Shown here: positions 1-8,029 of the stretch, piece after piece
How positions within the stretch are numbered: the stretch's first letter is position 1
How the letters are laid out: every line of letters begins with the position of its first letter
From: Candidatus Heimdallarchaeota archaeon
GTDB taxonomy: Archaea; Asgardarchaeota; Heimdallarchaeia; Heimdallarchaeales; Kariarchaeaceae
Direction: 5' to 3'
Assembly (NCBI GenBank): GCA_015523565.1
Contig: WAKA01000120.1
Coordinates: 1-20,244 of the forward strand
DNA length: 20,244 nucleotides
The notes under the pieces: generated by a model
Databases searched by the model: none
Told to the model about the DNA's origin: nothing
Seen by the model: the letters and a program-made list of their open reading frames with translations, nothing else
Made by a program: the position numbers and the translations under genes

Positions 1-57
1 GGTATGAATGTGGTTTATCCTTTATACGGGTGCGTTGAAAATTTCTTTTGATAAAAA

Positions 58-2754
58 TCAGGTCAGAAAGTCCTCCAAAGAGCTTTGAGGGGAATCTGCA
101 CTGACTTCCTCCACGGTTTCCTCAACAAAGTCAATTGGTTCAGGTTCCAATTCAAGTGGTTCTCCCATTTTCACCTCATAATATACAGATTCTGCAATTT
201 TCTTGCCGAGATATTGTGCCAATTTGTTCTTTCCAATCTTCAATATGTCTTGCGGAAATCTTGCACCAAGACGATACAATATCCGTGCTCTTTTTCTGCC
301 GATTTGGTTCAGGGTGGTCAGGGGAATTAATTCTTCGGAAATACCATATTTAACACGTTTTGTGAGCATTTTGAGCTGTTTTTCATGGTTTTTGAGTTTG
401 AAAAGTGATGCAATTTCACTTGCGGCATGTAACAGCCATTCTGCATTGGAGACAAGGTTATGAAGATCACCTGATGTAACATTATATTTTTCAAAAATTT
501 CATTCTCTGACTTTTCATTGACCCAAGCCTGAAGCACCAGTGCTGTTTTTAATTCCTGCAAGAAGAATTCCCATGATGAATTTTCACGATCAGGCACCAA
601 AAGATTGTCGGTAAGAGATTCAGCAAGATCAATGAGGTCATCAAGCTCCTTGTCACGGACATAGAAATTTCTTACATCAGGTGTGGCAGCTATCAGGTGA
701 AAATAAGCAAGATCACTGAAATCACCCTCTGGATGCTCCATTAGTCCTTGCTTAAGAAGAAGAGCACTAAGTGGATCTAAATACAATTGGTTGACGCGAA
801 TTCCGAATGGAGTGGGAAGAAATGGTTCATCTGGAGAAATAAGCTTTCCTTCCTTCAATAAATCCAAGGTGCTGTAAAGGAGTTCCTCAATGAAGAATAT
901 CTGACCCTCGTTTTGATAACCGAAAAAAGTAATGGAAATAATATCCAAAGCACTATCAAAGTCAGTTACATCCCCACTGACAATAAAAGAAAGTAAATGT
1001 GAACGTAAAGCAGGTTCTGACCCAAATTTTGAATAGATTTCTTCAGTATCGGCTTCTATATACCTGCGCATGATTTCATCTTTTTCAGACAGGTTCCTTG
1101 CAATGACAATGGCCTCACCATATGGGTCATATCTTGGTCTTCCAGCACGACCAGCCATCTGTTTGTATTCCAATACAGGAATTGGTTGGTTGTACCCGTC
1201 GGTATATCTCATAAGAGTACGTATGACAACCCGACGGCTGGGAGTGTTCACACCAGCAGAATTATGGACTATGAAACCGTCAGCCACAAAAAGATGATCA
1301 GTGTATTGAGGGAGAACCAAATCATATGAATATAGGGTTGGGTGGATATAGTGTATTGAAATTATTTTTTCCCAAGAGAAAGAAAAGTCTCTATTCAATT
1401 GTAGATGAACCGTATCATGAATCCCTGCAATCAGATCTTTGTTGTTCACTTGATTGGCGGGTACAATAAGTTTTTCACCATTGCGTTTTATCAGAACCAG
1501 ATGGTTCTCTGTAACACAGAGGGATTTTTGGGCCTCACTGACAAAAGCAACAAGAGGAGTTTGATTGAAATTCCTATTGATTTCTATGGGCTTGGTGAAT
1601 TTCAATTTTCCCCCAATTAAAGAGAGAACCTTGAAATTTTCGCCAGAGACCTGTTTTCGGTAAAGTTCTTCGACAGTAAATTCACCCAAATCAGTGGGTA
1701 TTTTGGTGTCTGGGGCAAGGCAAAGGGTTGGGGATGCCGCAATGATCTTGATTTTTCCTGACCGGAATGAATCTTCGACAATTCTTCGATGTGCATTGTG
1801 AAGACCTGCGTGATGGAAAGCAACCCCCTTTTCCACAAGCATAGCAAGATCTTGGCTAAGTTGTGTTTTTTCCCCAGTACGGAGGATTTTCTGTGAGATT
1901 TTTTTGAGGTTTTGCAATTCCTCATTTGAAAGCAAGCGAGAGTATATCAGAGATATTTTTTTTGCAGTTTGAACAACACTTGCCCGAGTACCTGCAAAAA
2001 CAAGGCATTGACCACCTTGTTTGACAGCTTCAATAGCCAAGGAAACATAGCCGTCTTTTGTTTTCGGCACACTGACTTCCTGCACTGTGCAATCAGACCA
2101 GAAGATGTCACCGTTGACCCAAACACCTTCCTTTAGGCTTACTGGTCGCCAATCAGAAAGAACCAAATCCGCATCAAGCCATTCCGCAATATCTTCTGCA
2201 TTTTTAATGGTTGCAGACAATGCCAAGAGTTGGCAGTTGGGTAATTTTTGTTTTATTTGAGCCAAAACAACTTCAAGAACAGGTCCACGATGGGCATCAT
2301 TTATGAGATGAACTTCATCGGATACAACGATGGAAATGTCATTAAGCCAAGAGGCTTGATGTCTGATTATCGAATCGAATTTTTCATTTGTAGCAATAAT
2401 GATGTCATTGCTACCTACCCATTCAATACCACTCTCAAAATCACCACTGGCAATAGCCACCTTCAATCCCAATTGTTCACCAATTTCCTTGAATTCATCA
2501 TATTTCTCTGAGGCAAGGGCTCTTAAAGGGGCTAAATAAACAGCCTTTCCCCCTTCTTTCATTAGTTTTGAAACAATTGCAAGCATGGCAATCAAGGTTT
2601 TTCCACTTGCAGTTGGAATTGCAACAACAAGATTATTGCCATTCAACAAACCTTTTGACACACATTCCGTTTGTGGAGGGTAAAGAGTCAAGATTCCATT
2701 TTCTTTGAGATAGGCAATAAAACGTTGATCAACCTGCAAATCCTCCACATTCAT
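58..2754 (-). CDS. hel308: Ski2-like SF2 DNA helicase Hel308/Hjm precursor containing one mini-intein (about 744 aa after splicing)
   Basis: Q motif LYPPQ, motif I PTASGKT, motif II DEVH, motif III LSAT, AFHHAGL, motif V split as SPTL|SAGVNTP, motif VI QMAGRAGR, domain-5 IGRKRAR motif, C-terminal QSSLEDFL. Confidence 0.95.
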   Translation of the reverse strand: MNVEDLQVDQRFIAYLKENGILTLYPPQTECVSKGLLNGNNLVVAIPTASGKTLIAMLAIVSKLMKEGGKAVYLAPLRALASEKYDEFKEIGEQLGLKVAIASGDFESGIEWVGSNDIIIATNEKFDSIIRHQASWLNDISIVVSDEVHLINDAHRGPVLEVVLAQIKQKLPNCQLLALSATIKNAEDIAEWLDADLVLSDWRPVSLKEGVWVNGDIFWSDCTVQEVSVPKTKDGYVSLAIEAVKQGGQCLVFAGTRASVVQTAKKISLIYSRLLSNEELQNLKKISQKILRTGEKTQLSQDLAMLVEKGVAFHHAGLHNAHRRIVEDSFRSGKIKIIAASPTLCLAPDTKIPTDLGEFTVEELYRKQVSGENFKVLSLIGGKLKFTKPIEINRNFNQTPLVAFVSEAQKSLCVTENHLVLIKRNGEKLIVPANQVNNKDLIAGIHDTVHLQLNRDFSFSWEKIISIHYIHPTLYSYDLVLPQYTDHLFVADGFIVHNSAGVNTPSRRVVIRTLMRYTDGYNQPIPVLEYKQMAGRAGRPRYDPYGEAIVIARNLSEKDEIMRRYIEADTEEIYSKFGSEPALRSHLLSFIVSGDVTDFDSALDIISITFFGYQNEGQIFFIEELLYSTLDLLKEGKLISPDEPFLPTPFGIRVNQLYLDPLSALLLKQGLMEHPEGDFSDLAYFHLIAATPDVRNFYVRDKELDDLIDLAESLTDNLLVPDRENSSWEFFLQELKTALVLQAWVNEKSENEIFEKYNVTSGDLHNLVSNAEWLLHAASEIASLFKLKNHEKQLKMLTKRVKYGISEELIPLTTLNQIGRKRARILYRLGARFPQDILKIGKNKLAQYLGKKIAESVYYEVKMGEPLELEPEPIDFVEETVEEVSADSPQSSLEDFLT
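1261..1722 (-). mobile_element. Mini-intein (154 aa, no endonuclease) in Hel308 helicase motif V
   Basis: Begins CLAPDTKI (block A, Cys1), has VTENH (block B TxxH), ends YDLVL...FVADGFIVHN followed by Ser+1. Removal restores ASPTL-SAGVNTPSRRVVI. Confidence 0.95.
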
Positions 2755-2862
2755 TTTGCTCTAAGTTACCATAGTCATATACATTAAAAGGATAAGGAAC
2801 AGTTCATTACAAGTGAATGAACCCCCAAAATGTTTTTTAAGACAGCAAGTCCGTAAAAAATT

Positions 2863-3426
2863 GTGATTAAGGGGAATCTTGTCCATTTGAGACCGTTTGA
2901 GAAAAAAGATGCAGAAATCATAGCATCAAAAATAAACCATTTTGAAACATTGAATGCAATTGGCAGACCATTCCCAATCTCCCTATTTGAAGAAGAGGAT
3001 TTTGTGACTATGGCAATGCAACAATATAAGAGCAGGAAAGGTTATTTCTTTGTAATAGAGGAGAATATAGAGAACAACATAGTTGGATCAACTTCGCTTT
3101 CACCAGTTGACTTCCGAAATCGATCAGCGGTTTTTGGAATCACAATTTTCGAACCAAAAAATTTTGAAAAGGGATATGGAACAGAGGCTACAACACTGAT
3201 AACTGGTTTTGCATTCAATATTTTAAATCTGAACAGAGTTGAACTGAATGTATTTGAGTTTAATGAGAGGGCAATGCACGTCTATGAAAAAGTCGGATAT
3301 AAAAAAACAGGAACAAGACGTCAGTTCTATTATATTAATGGAAAATACCATGATGCCTATATGATGGATATCCTTGCAGAAGAGTTTTTTGATCTTTATG
3401 GCAGGGGGACAATCCCCAAACATTGA
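2863..3426 (+). CDS. GNAT N-acetyltransferase, RimJ/RimL (SpeG-like) family
   Basis: GTG start; VHLRP, NRSAVFGITI, KGYGTEA, LNLNRVELNVFEFNERAMHVYEKVGY and GKYHD motifs typical of this family. Confidence 0.9.
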   Translation: MIKGNLVHLRPFEKKDAEIIASKINHFETLNAIGRPFPISLFEEEDFVTMAMQQYKSRKGYFFVIEENIENNIVGSTSLSPVDFRNRSAVFGITIFEPKNFEKGYGTEATTLITGFAFNILNLNRVELNVFEFNERAMHVYEKVGYKKTGTRRQFYYINGKYHDAYMMDILAEEFFDLYGRGTIPKH

Positions 3427-3541
3427 AATGGAAAAATGTTCAGTTTGAATGAAGAGTGCTTAACTAATCATTATATACGGGTATTTTCTATCTTTATTAA
3501 GCAATAGGCTAACTGAATCAATTTGAATCAGGCGGATCAAA

Positions 3542-6500
3542 ATGGAAACAAGTGTAGATAGGGACATAATTGCAGGATTCCTTGAGTTTTTCAAAAATTA
3601 TCAGGATGAGGAAGGGCATTACAAGTACTCAGATGAAATAACACGGATGACTATCGAAGGAGAGAGAAGTCTGGTCATCGATTACAATGACCTTTACCTA
3701 ATGGATTCAACGCATGAGTTGGGCTTGAGCTCTGCACTTTTGGAATTTCCTGAAAAAACAATTGAATTGGGCACAATTGCCCTTGAGACACATATCAAGG
3801 AAGAAAATTTCGAATATTTTCAAGAAGTCAAGCTAACAAATAGAAGCAGATTTCATGTACGCTTTGTGAATGTCCCATCCAAAACACCCTTGAGGAACAT
3901 TAGGACAAATCAATTGGGGACATTCAGATCAGTGGAGGCAATTGTTGTAAGAACCACAGAGATCAAGCCAATGATTGCAGAAGGATATTTTATCTGTAAA
4001 TTAAATCCTGAGCATCAATTTCGCCAACCATTAAATCAGGGGACATACACATCACCAAAACAATGTATAGAACCAACATGTAAAAGCAAGGATTTTGCAT
4101 TGTCCATTGAGGATTCCGTTTTGATTGACTGGCAAGGGCTTACACTGCAGGAAAGACCAGAAGAACTCCCATCAGGAACAAGCCCAAAATCCTTGAATTG
4201 CAGATTGTTGGATGACATTGTTGACAAGGTAAGACCAGGCGATAGGGTGATTGCGACAGGAATTGTGAGAACAAGAAGTCCAGAAGGGTTAAAAAAGGGG
4301 AAACAGGCAATTTTGGATATTTGGCTTGACGTCAATTATATTGAACCATTAAACAAAGAAACAGATCTCACAGAAATTACCTTGGCAGAAGAAGCGGAGT
4401 TTTATGAATTGGCAGAGAACCCAGAGATTTACGACATGATTATCCAGTCAATTGCCCCCCAAATCAAGGGGATGGAACGTGAGAAAGAGGCAATCATGTA
4501 TTTTCTTTTTGGAGGAGTGGACAAGGTACATCCAAATGGGTTCAAAAACAGGGGGCAACCAAATATTTTGCTTGTTGGAGACCCAGGGGTTGCAAAATCC
4601 CAACTATTAAAGTCAGTTCACAAAATTGCACCAAGAGGGGTTTATACTTCTGGGAAAGGTTCTTCCGCGGCAGGTTTGACTGCGGCTATCATTCGTGACC
4701 CAGATACAGGAGAATTGACACTTGAGGCTGGAGCAATGGTATTGGCAGACAAAGGTGTCTGCTTAAGTGGCGATACGGAAATAATGCTTGGCAATGGAAA
4801 ATTGGTACCAATTCAAAGGCTTGTCGAGGGAAACCTGAAGGAAAGTGTCTTGACATTTAATCCAAATACATTCAAACAGGAAATAAAAGAGATAGTTGCT
4901 GTTTCAAAAAGGTGGGCAGATAAAGTATATGAACTTGAAATGGACACTGGAGATATCATAAGGGCTTCAGAAGAACATCCATTCCCAGTTTGGGAGAATG
5001 GGATGGTTTGGAAAAGAGCAATCGACTTAAAAGAGGGCGACATACTTGTCGATTATAGAAGATATCAGATTCAGGAAGAGGAAACCTATCCAGAAGAGCT
5101 TTATGAATTAGCAGCATACCTTTTGTTTACAGAAGAGAAAAACAATGAGGAACTGGCATTCACTCATCATGATACAAATGTAATTCAGCGAATGAAAGAG
5201 CTGTGTGAATTGTTTTGCAAAAAGATACATTGGAAGGGTGAAAATGAGCTAATTATCCACCCTCAATCATTCAACCAGTTGGTTCAGGAATTTGGCATTG
5301 CAAAAGGAACAATAATTGAAAAGACAATTCAAGCCCCTCCCAATAAGATTAAGAGTTTCGTTTCAGGGATTTTGAATATAGAATCCCATTTTGATTTTCA
5401 ATGCAATGCAATCATTCTCCCAAAGATTGATGATAAGTTAAGGAAAATCTTCAGGAAAGCAGGAATTGTCCTGATCCAAAAAAAAGGGAGATGGCATATT
5501 GGAGATTTCACAAGCATTACCCAGATTAGTCTTGAAAACTTGACTGAAAAAGTCAAGTCACAACTTTTAAGATTACTAAGACAAATCCATAAGCAAAATG
5601 TTGATGAGGGCATAATATCACCAATATTTCCAGAATTACAACCACTTCAACCATTATTGCATGAATTCAAAGGGAATATGCAATCAACAGTGTTGTTAGG
5701 AAAAGCGGAACCAATTATAACAAACGGTGTTTCTTTTGTAAAACTGGTCAAAAAAAGAGAACTCCCTGGAGAATATGTTTACAATTTACAAATAAAGGAC
5801 AATGAAACATTTTTTGCAAATTTTATCCCAGTACATAATTGCCTGATTGATGAATTTGACAAAATGAGTGACAGTGATAGGTCTGCCATCCATGAGGCAA
5901 TGGAACAGCAATCCTACCATCCCTCAACAAGAATAACATTTGCAGATGGCATAGAATCGACGATCGGGGATTTTGTGGATTCAATTTTTGAACAATTTCC
6001 GGATCGGGTCATACAGGGCATAAATTGCGAGATTTTGACGATTGAAGATTTTGATATAAGAATTCGTTCTACAGATTTCAAAACTTATTTTGAATTGCCG
6101 ATCAACAGGGTTAGTAGGCATACTGCACCAGATCACTTTATTGGTGTTGGTTTTGGGAATGGAGAAAAATTAATGGTCACCCCAGAACATCCAATGTTTG
6201 TGTTGGTCGGAACAAAAATCGGGGAAACAACGGCAGAAAATCTTGAGATTGGAGAAATAGTGCCTGCGCCGCTCAATGATTTGAATTTGGAAAATGAAAC
6301 TCTTCCAGACAAGATTTGTGAAATGGGAATGGAACTTGCCAAGAGTATTGGACTTAATTTACAGAGGACAACAAGGAAAGAGCTTGAAAAGATAATCAGA
6401 AAAGTGGAAAAGCATGTCATGATTGAGACATCTGGCGGAACCCTGATACAGAAAACACAAAGCGGGCAATTGTCTACAAAACTGAAAGAATTATTGAATT

Positions 6501-7435
6501 TTGCATGGATAAAGGTTTTGGATGTCCAAATTATAAAAAATGAAGGGAAAGTGAAAACAAAATGGGTATATGACATCACAATTGAACCAACAAGGACATT
6601 CATCAGCCATAATTTGATTCTACACAACACCATATCTGTCGCAAAAGCTGGGATTGTCGCAACATTGAATTCCAGAACTGGAGTTCTGGCAGCGGCCAAT
6701 CCAGTGCATGGCAGATATGAAGATCACAGGACATTTGTTGAAAATGTAAGTTTAGGGCCAACAATCCTTTCCCGTTTTGATCTGATATTCATTCTTCGTG
6801 ACATTCCTGATGAAAAGGAAGATGAAAGCAAAGCGATGCATATCCTCAACCTGCATATGAATTATGATACAAACCTAGTTGAGGAACCACCGATTCCCCT
6901 TGAAAAATTAAAGAAATACATTATGTTTGCAAAGCAAAGATCTGAACCAAGACTTACACAGGAAGCAATAAATGCAATCCAAGAATTTTATGTGAATCTT
7001 CGTAACAATGTCAAAAGAGGAGACAGGAATGCAATTCCAATAACTGCAAGGCAACTTGAGGGGATTGTACGACTTGCAGAAGCGAGAGCTCGTGTCGCAT
7101 TGAGAGACAAGGTAACCAAACAAGACGCCCAAAAAGCAATAGACTTGATGGTTTATAGTCTTCAACAGATTGCGATTGACCCTGAAACAGGTGAGCTGGA
7201 TTATGATGCATTGGCCAGTGGACATACCAGCACAAAACGGTCAAAGATTTCAAGGTTGATGTCAATAATAGAGAATCTCCAAAGCATCTCATCTGGACCA
7301 TTTGATGAGAAAGAGGTTTATAGAGAAGCAGAGGCAGAAGGATTGGATTTGGAATTTGTACAGAAGGCAATTTTTGACTTAGTTAGGCAAGGAGCCCTAT
7401 ACAGACCAGAATCTGGCAAACTAAGCAAGCTGTAA
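3542..7435 (+). CDS. mcm: Replicative helicase MCM precursor with two inteins (about 698 aa after splicing)
   Basis: LQERPEELPSG, VRPGDRV, Walker A GDPGVAKS, GKGSSAAGLTAA, Walker B CLIDEFDKM, HEAMEQQ|TISVAKAG, AAANP, arginine finger SRFD, sensor-2 ITARQLE, C-terminal winged helix. Confidence 0.97.
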   Translation: METSVDRDIIAGFLEFFKNYQDEEGHYKYSDEITRMTIEGERSLVIDYNDLYLMDSTHELGLSSALLEFPEKTIELGTIALETHIKEENFEYFQEVKLTNRSRFHVRFVNVPSKTPLRNIRTNQLGTFRSVEAIVVRTTEIKPMIAEGYFICKLNPEHQFRQPLNQGTYTSPKQCIEPTCKSKDFALSIEDSVLIDWQGLTLQERPEELPSGTSPKSLNCRLLDDIVDKVRPGDRVIATGIVRTRSPEGLKKGKQAILDIWLDVNYIEPLNKETDLTEITLAEEAEFYELAENPEIYDMIIQSIAPQIKGMEREKEAIMYFLFGGVDKVHPNGFKNRGQPNILLVGDPGVAKSQLLKSVHKIAPRGVYTSGKGSSAAGLTAAIIRDPDTGELTLEAGAMVLADKGVCLSGDTEIMLGNGKLVPIQRLVEGNLKESVLTFNPNTFKQEIKEIVAVSKRWADKVYELEMDTGDIIRASEEHPFPVWENGMVWKRAIDLKEGDILVDYRRYQIQEEETYPEELYELAAYLLFTEEKNNEELAFTHHDTNVIQRMKELCELFCKKIHWKGENELIIHPQSFNQLVQEFGIAKGTIIEKTIQAPPNKIKSFVSGILNIESHFDFQCNAIILPKIDDKLRKIFRKAGIVLIQKKGRWHIGDFTSITQISLENLTEKVKSQLLRLLRQIHKQNVDEGIISPIFPELQPLQPLLHEFKGNMQSTVLLGKAEPIITNGVSFVKLVKKRELPGEYVYNLQIKDNETFFANFIPVHNCLIDEFDKMSDSDRSAIHEAMEQQSYHPSTRITFADGIESTIGDFVDSIFEQFPDRVIQGINCEILTIEDFDIRIRSTDFKTYFELPINRVSRHTAPDHFIGVGFGNGEKLMVTPEHPMFVLVGTKIGETTAENLEIGEIVPAPLNDLNLENETLPDKICEMGMELAKSIGLNLQRTTRKELEKIIRKVEKHVMIETSGGTLIQKTQSGQLSTKLKELLNFAWIKVLDVQIIKNEGKVKTKWVYDITIEPTRTFISHNLILHNTISVAKAGIVATLNSRTGVLAAANPVHGRYEDHRTFVENVSLGPTILSRFDLIFILRDIPDEKEDESKAMHILNLHMNYDTNLVEEPPIPLEKLKKYIMFAKQRSEPRLTQEAINAIQEFYVNLRNNVKRGDRNAIPITARQLEGIVRLAEARARVALRDKVTKQDAQKAIDLMVYSLQQIAIDPETGELDYDALASGHTSTKRSKISRLMSIIENLQSISSGPFDEKEVYREAEAEGLDLEFVQKAIFDLVRQGALYRPESGKLSKL
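4760..5839 (+). mobile_element. MCM intein 1 (360 aa) directly before Walker B, with degenerate LAGLIDADG endonuclease remnant
   Basis: Starts CLSGDTEI, block B RASEEHPF, ends VYNLQIKDNETFFANFIPVHN followed by Cys+1. Removal gives LADKGV-CLIDEFDKM. Internal LAAYLLFTE and FVSGILNIE resemble eroded blocks C and E. Confidence 0.93.
5912..6628 (+). mobile_element. MCM intein 2 (239 aa, Ser1, no intact endonuclease) at the EQQ|TIS site
   Basis: Starts SYHPSTRI, block B VTPEHPM, ends WVYDITIEPTRTFISHNLILHN followed by Thr+1. Removal gives HEAMEQQ-TISVAKAG. Confidence 0.93.
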
Positions 7436-7471
7436 TGAGTAGCTTTTTATGGATGGAAACTTCAAAAAAAG

Positions 7472-8029
7472 ATGATGGATGATGATTTTGCCTTAGAGTT
7501 AAGGCGCATCGAATTTGATTTTGAAGAAGGATTTGTCAATGTGATCGGAAAATCAGATTTGAATTTGATAGACATAGACGGTTTAAAAATTCGGCTGGTA
7601 GAAGGACAATCATCGAAAATGCCATTTTGGGTGGCAGACATATTTGTAAGGGAAGGATTAGCAGAATTTGAGGAAGATACAGAAATTAACTATAGAAGCT
7701 TAGCCCAGCTTGCTCATGAGGAAGCAAGGCAGAAACGATTGGCAAAACTTCCTACAAAATTATTTATAAGAAAGGTAAGATTTGAGATTGAAAGACTGAA
7801 CAAGGAAAAAAATAGGGTGGCATTAAGGAAATTGGCAAGTATTGAAGGCTCATTCAACAAGATTGTCAAACAAAGGATGAAAAAACTGATACAGGAGGCA
7901 CTTATCAGCGGGGAAGAAAACAAGAACAATTCTCTCTTGGAAGAGGAGGAATGGTTGCTAACAAAACTCAAAAGCCTTTTGGGTGCATGGCAAGAGGCGC
8001 TTGGATTTAATGAGCATTATTACGATTGA
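7472..8029 (+). CDS. gins23: GINS complex subunit, Gins23 (Psf2/Psf3-like, B-A domain order)
   Basis: 36 nt downstream of mcm on the same strand. N-terminal beta-rich part with MPFWVA (cf. the VPLWLA/LPLWLA B-domain motif), followed by a helical domain with KQRMKKL. Size 185 aa fits. Confidence 0.75.
   Translation: MMDDDFALELRRIEFDFEEGFVNVIGKSDLNLIDIDGLKIRLVEGQSSKMPFWVADIFVREGLAEFEEDTEINYRSLAQLAHEEARQKRLAKLPTKLFIRKVRFEIERLNKEKNRVALRKLASIEGSFNKIVKQRMKKLIQEALISGEENKNNSLLEEEEWLLTKLKSLLGAWQEALGFNEHYYD

Noticed and set aside
23-3482. Shared 9-mer TATACGGGT at 23-31 and 3474-3482, considered as an origin-type or regulatory box near mcm
   Set aside because: Only two short copies, no resemblance to ORB repeats, no cdc6/orc1 in the window; expected by chance.
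6133-6699. 188-aa minus-strand ORF within mcm intein 2
   Set aside because: In-register antisense shadow of mcm; no endonuclease or other recognisable domain.
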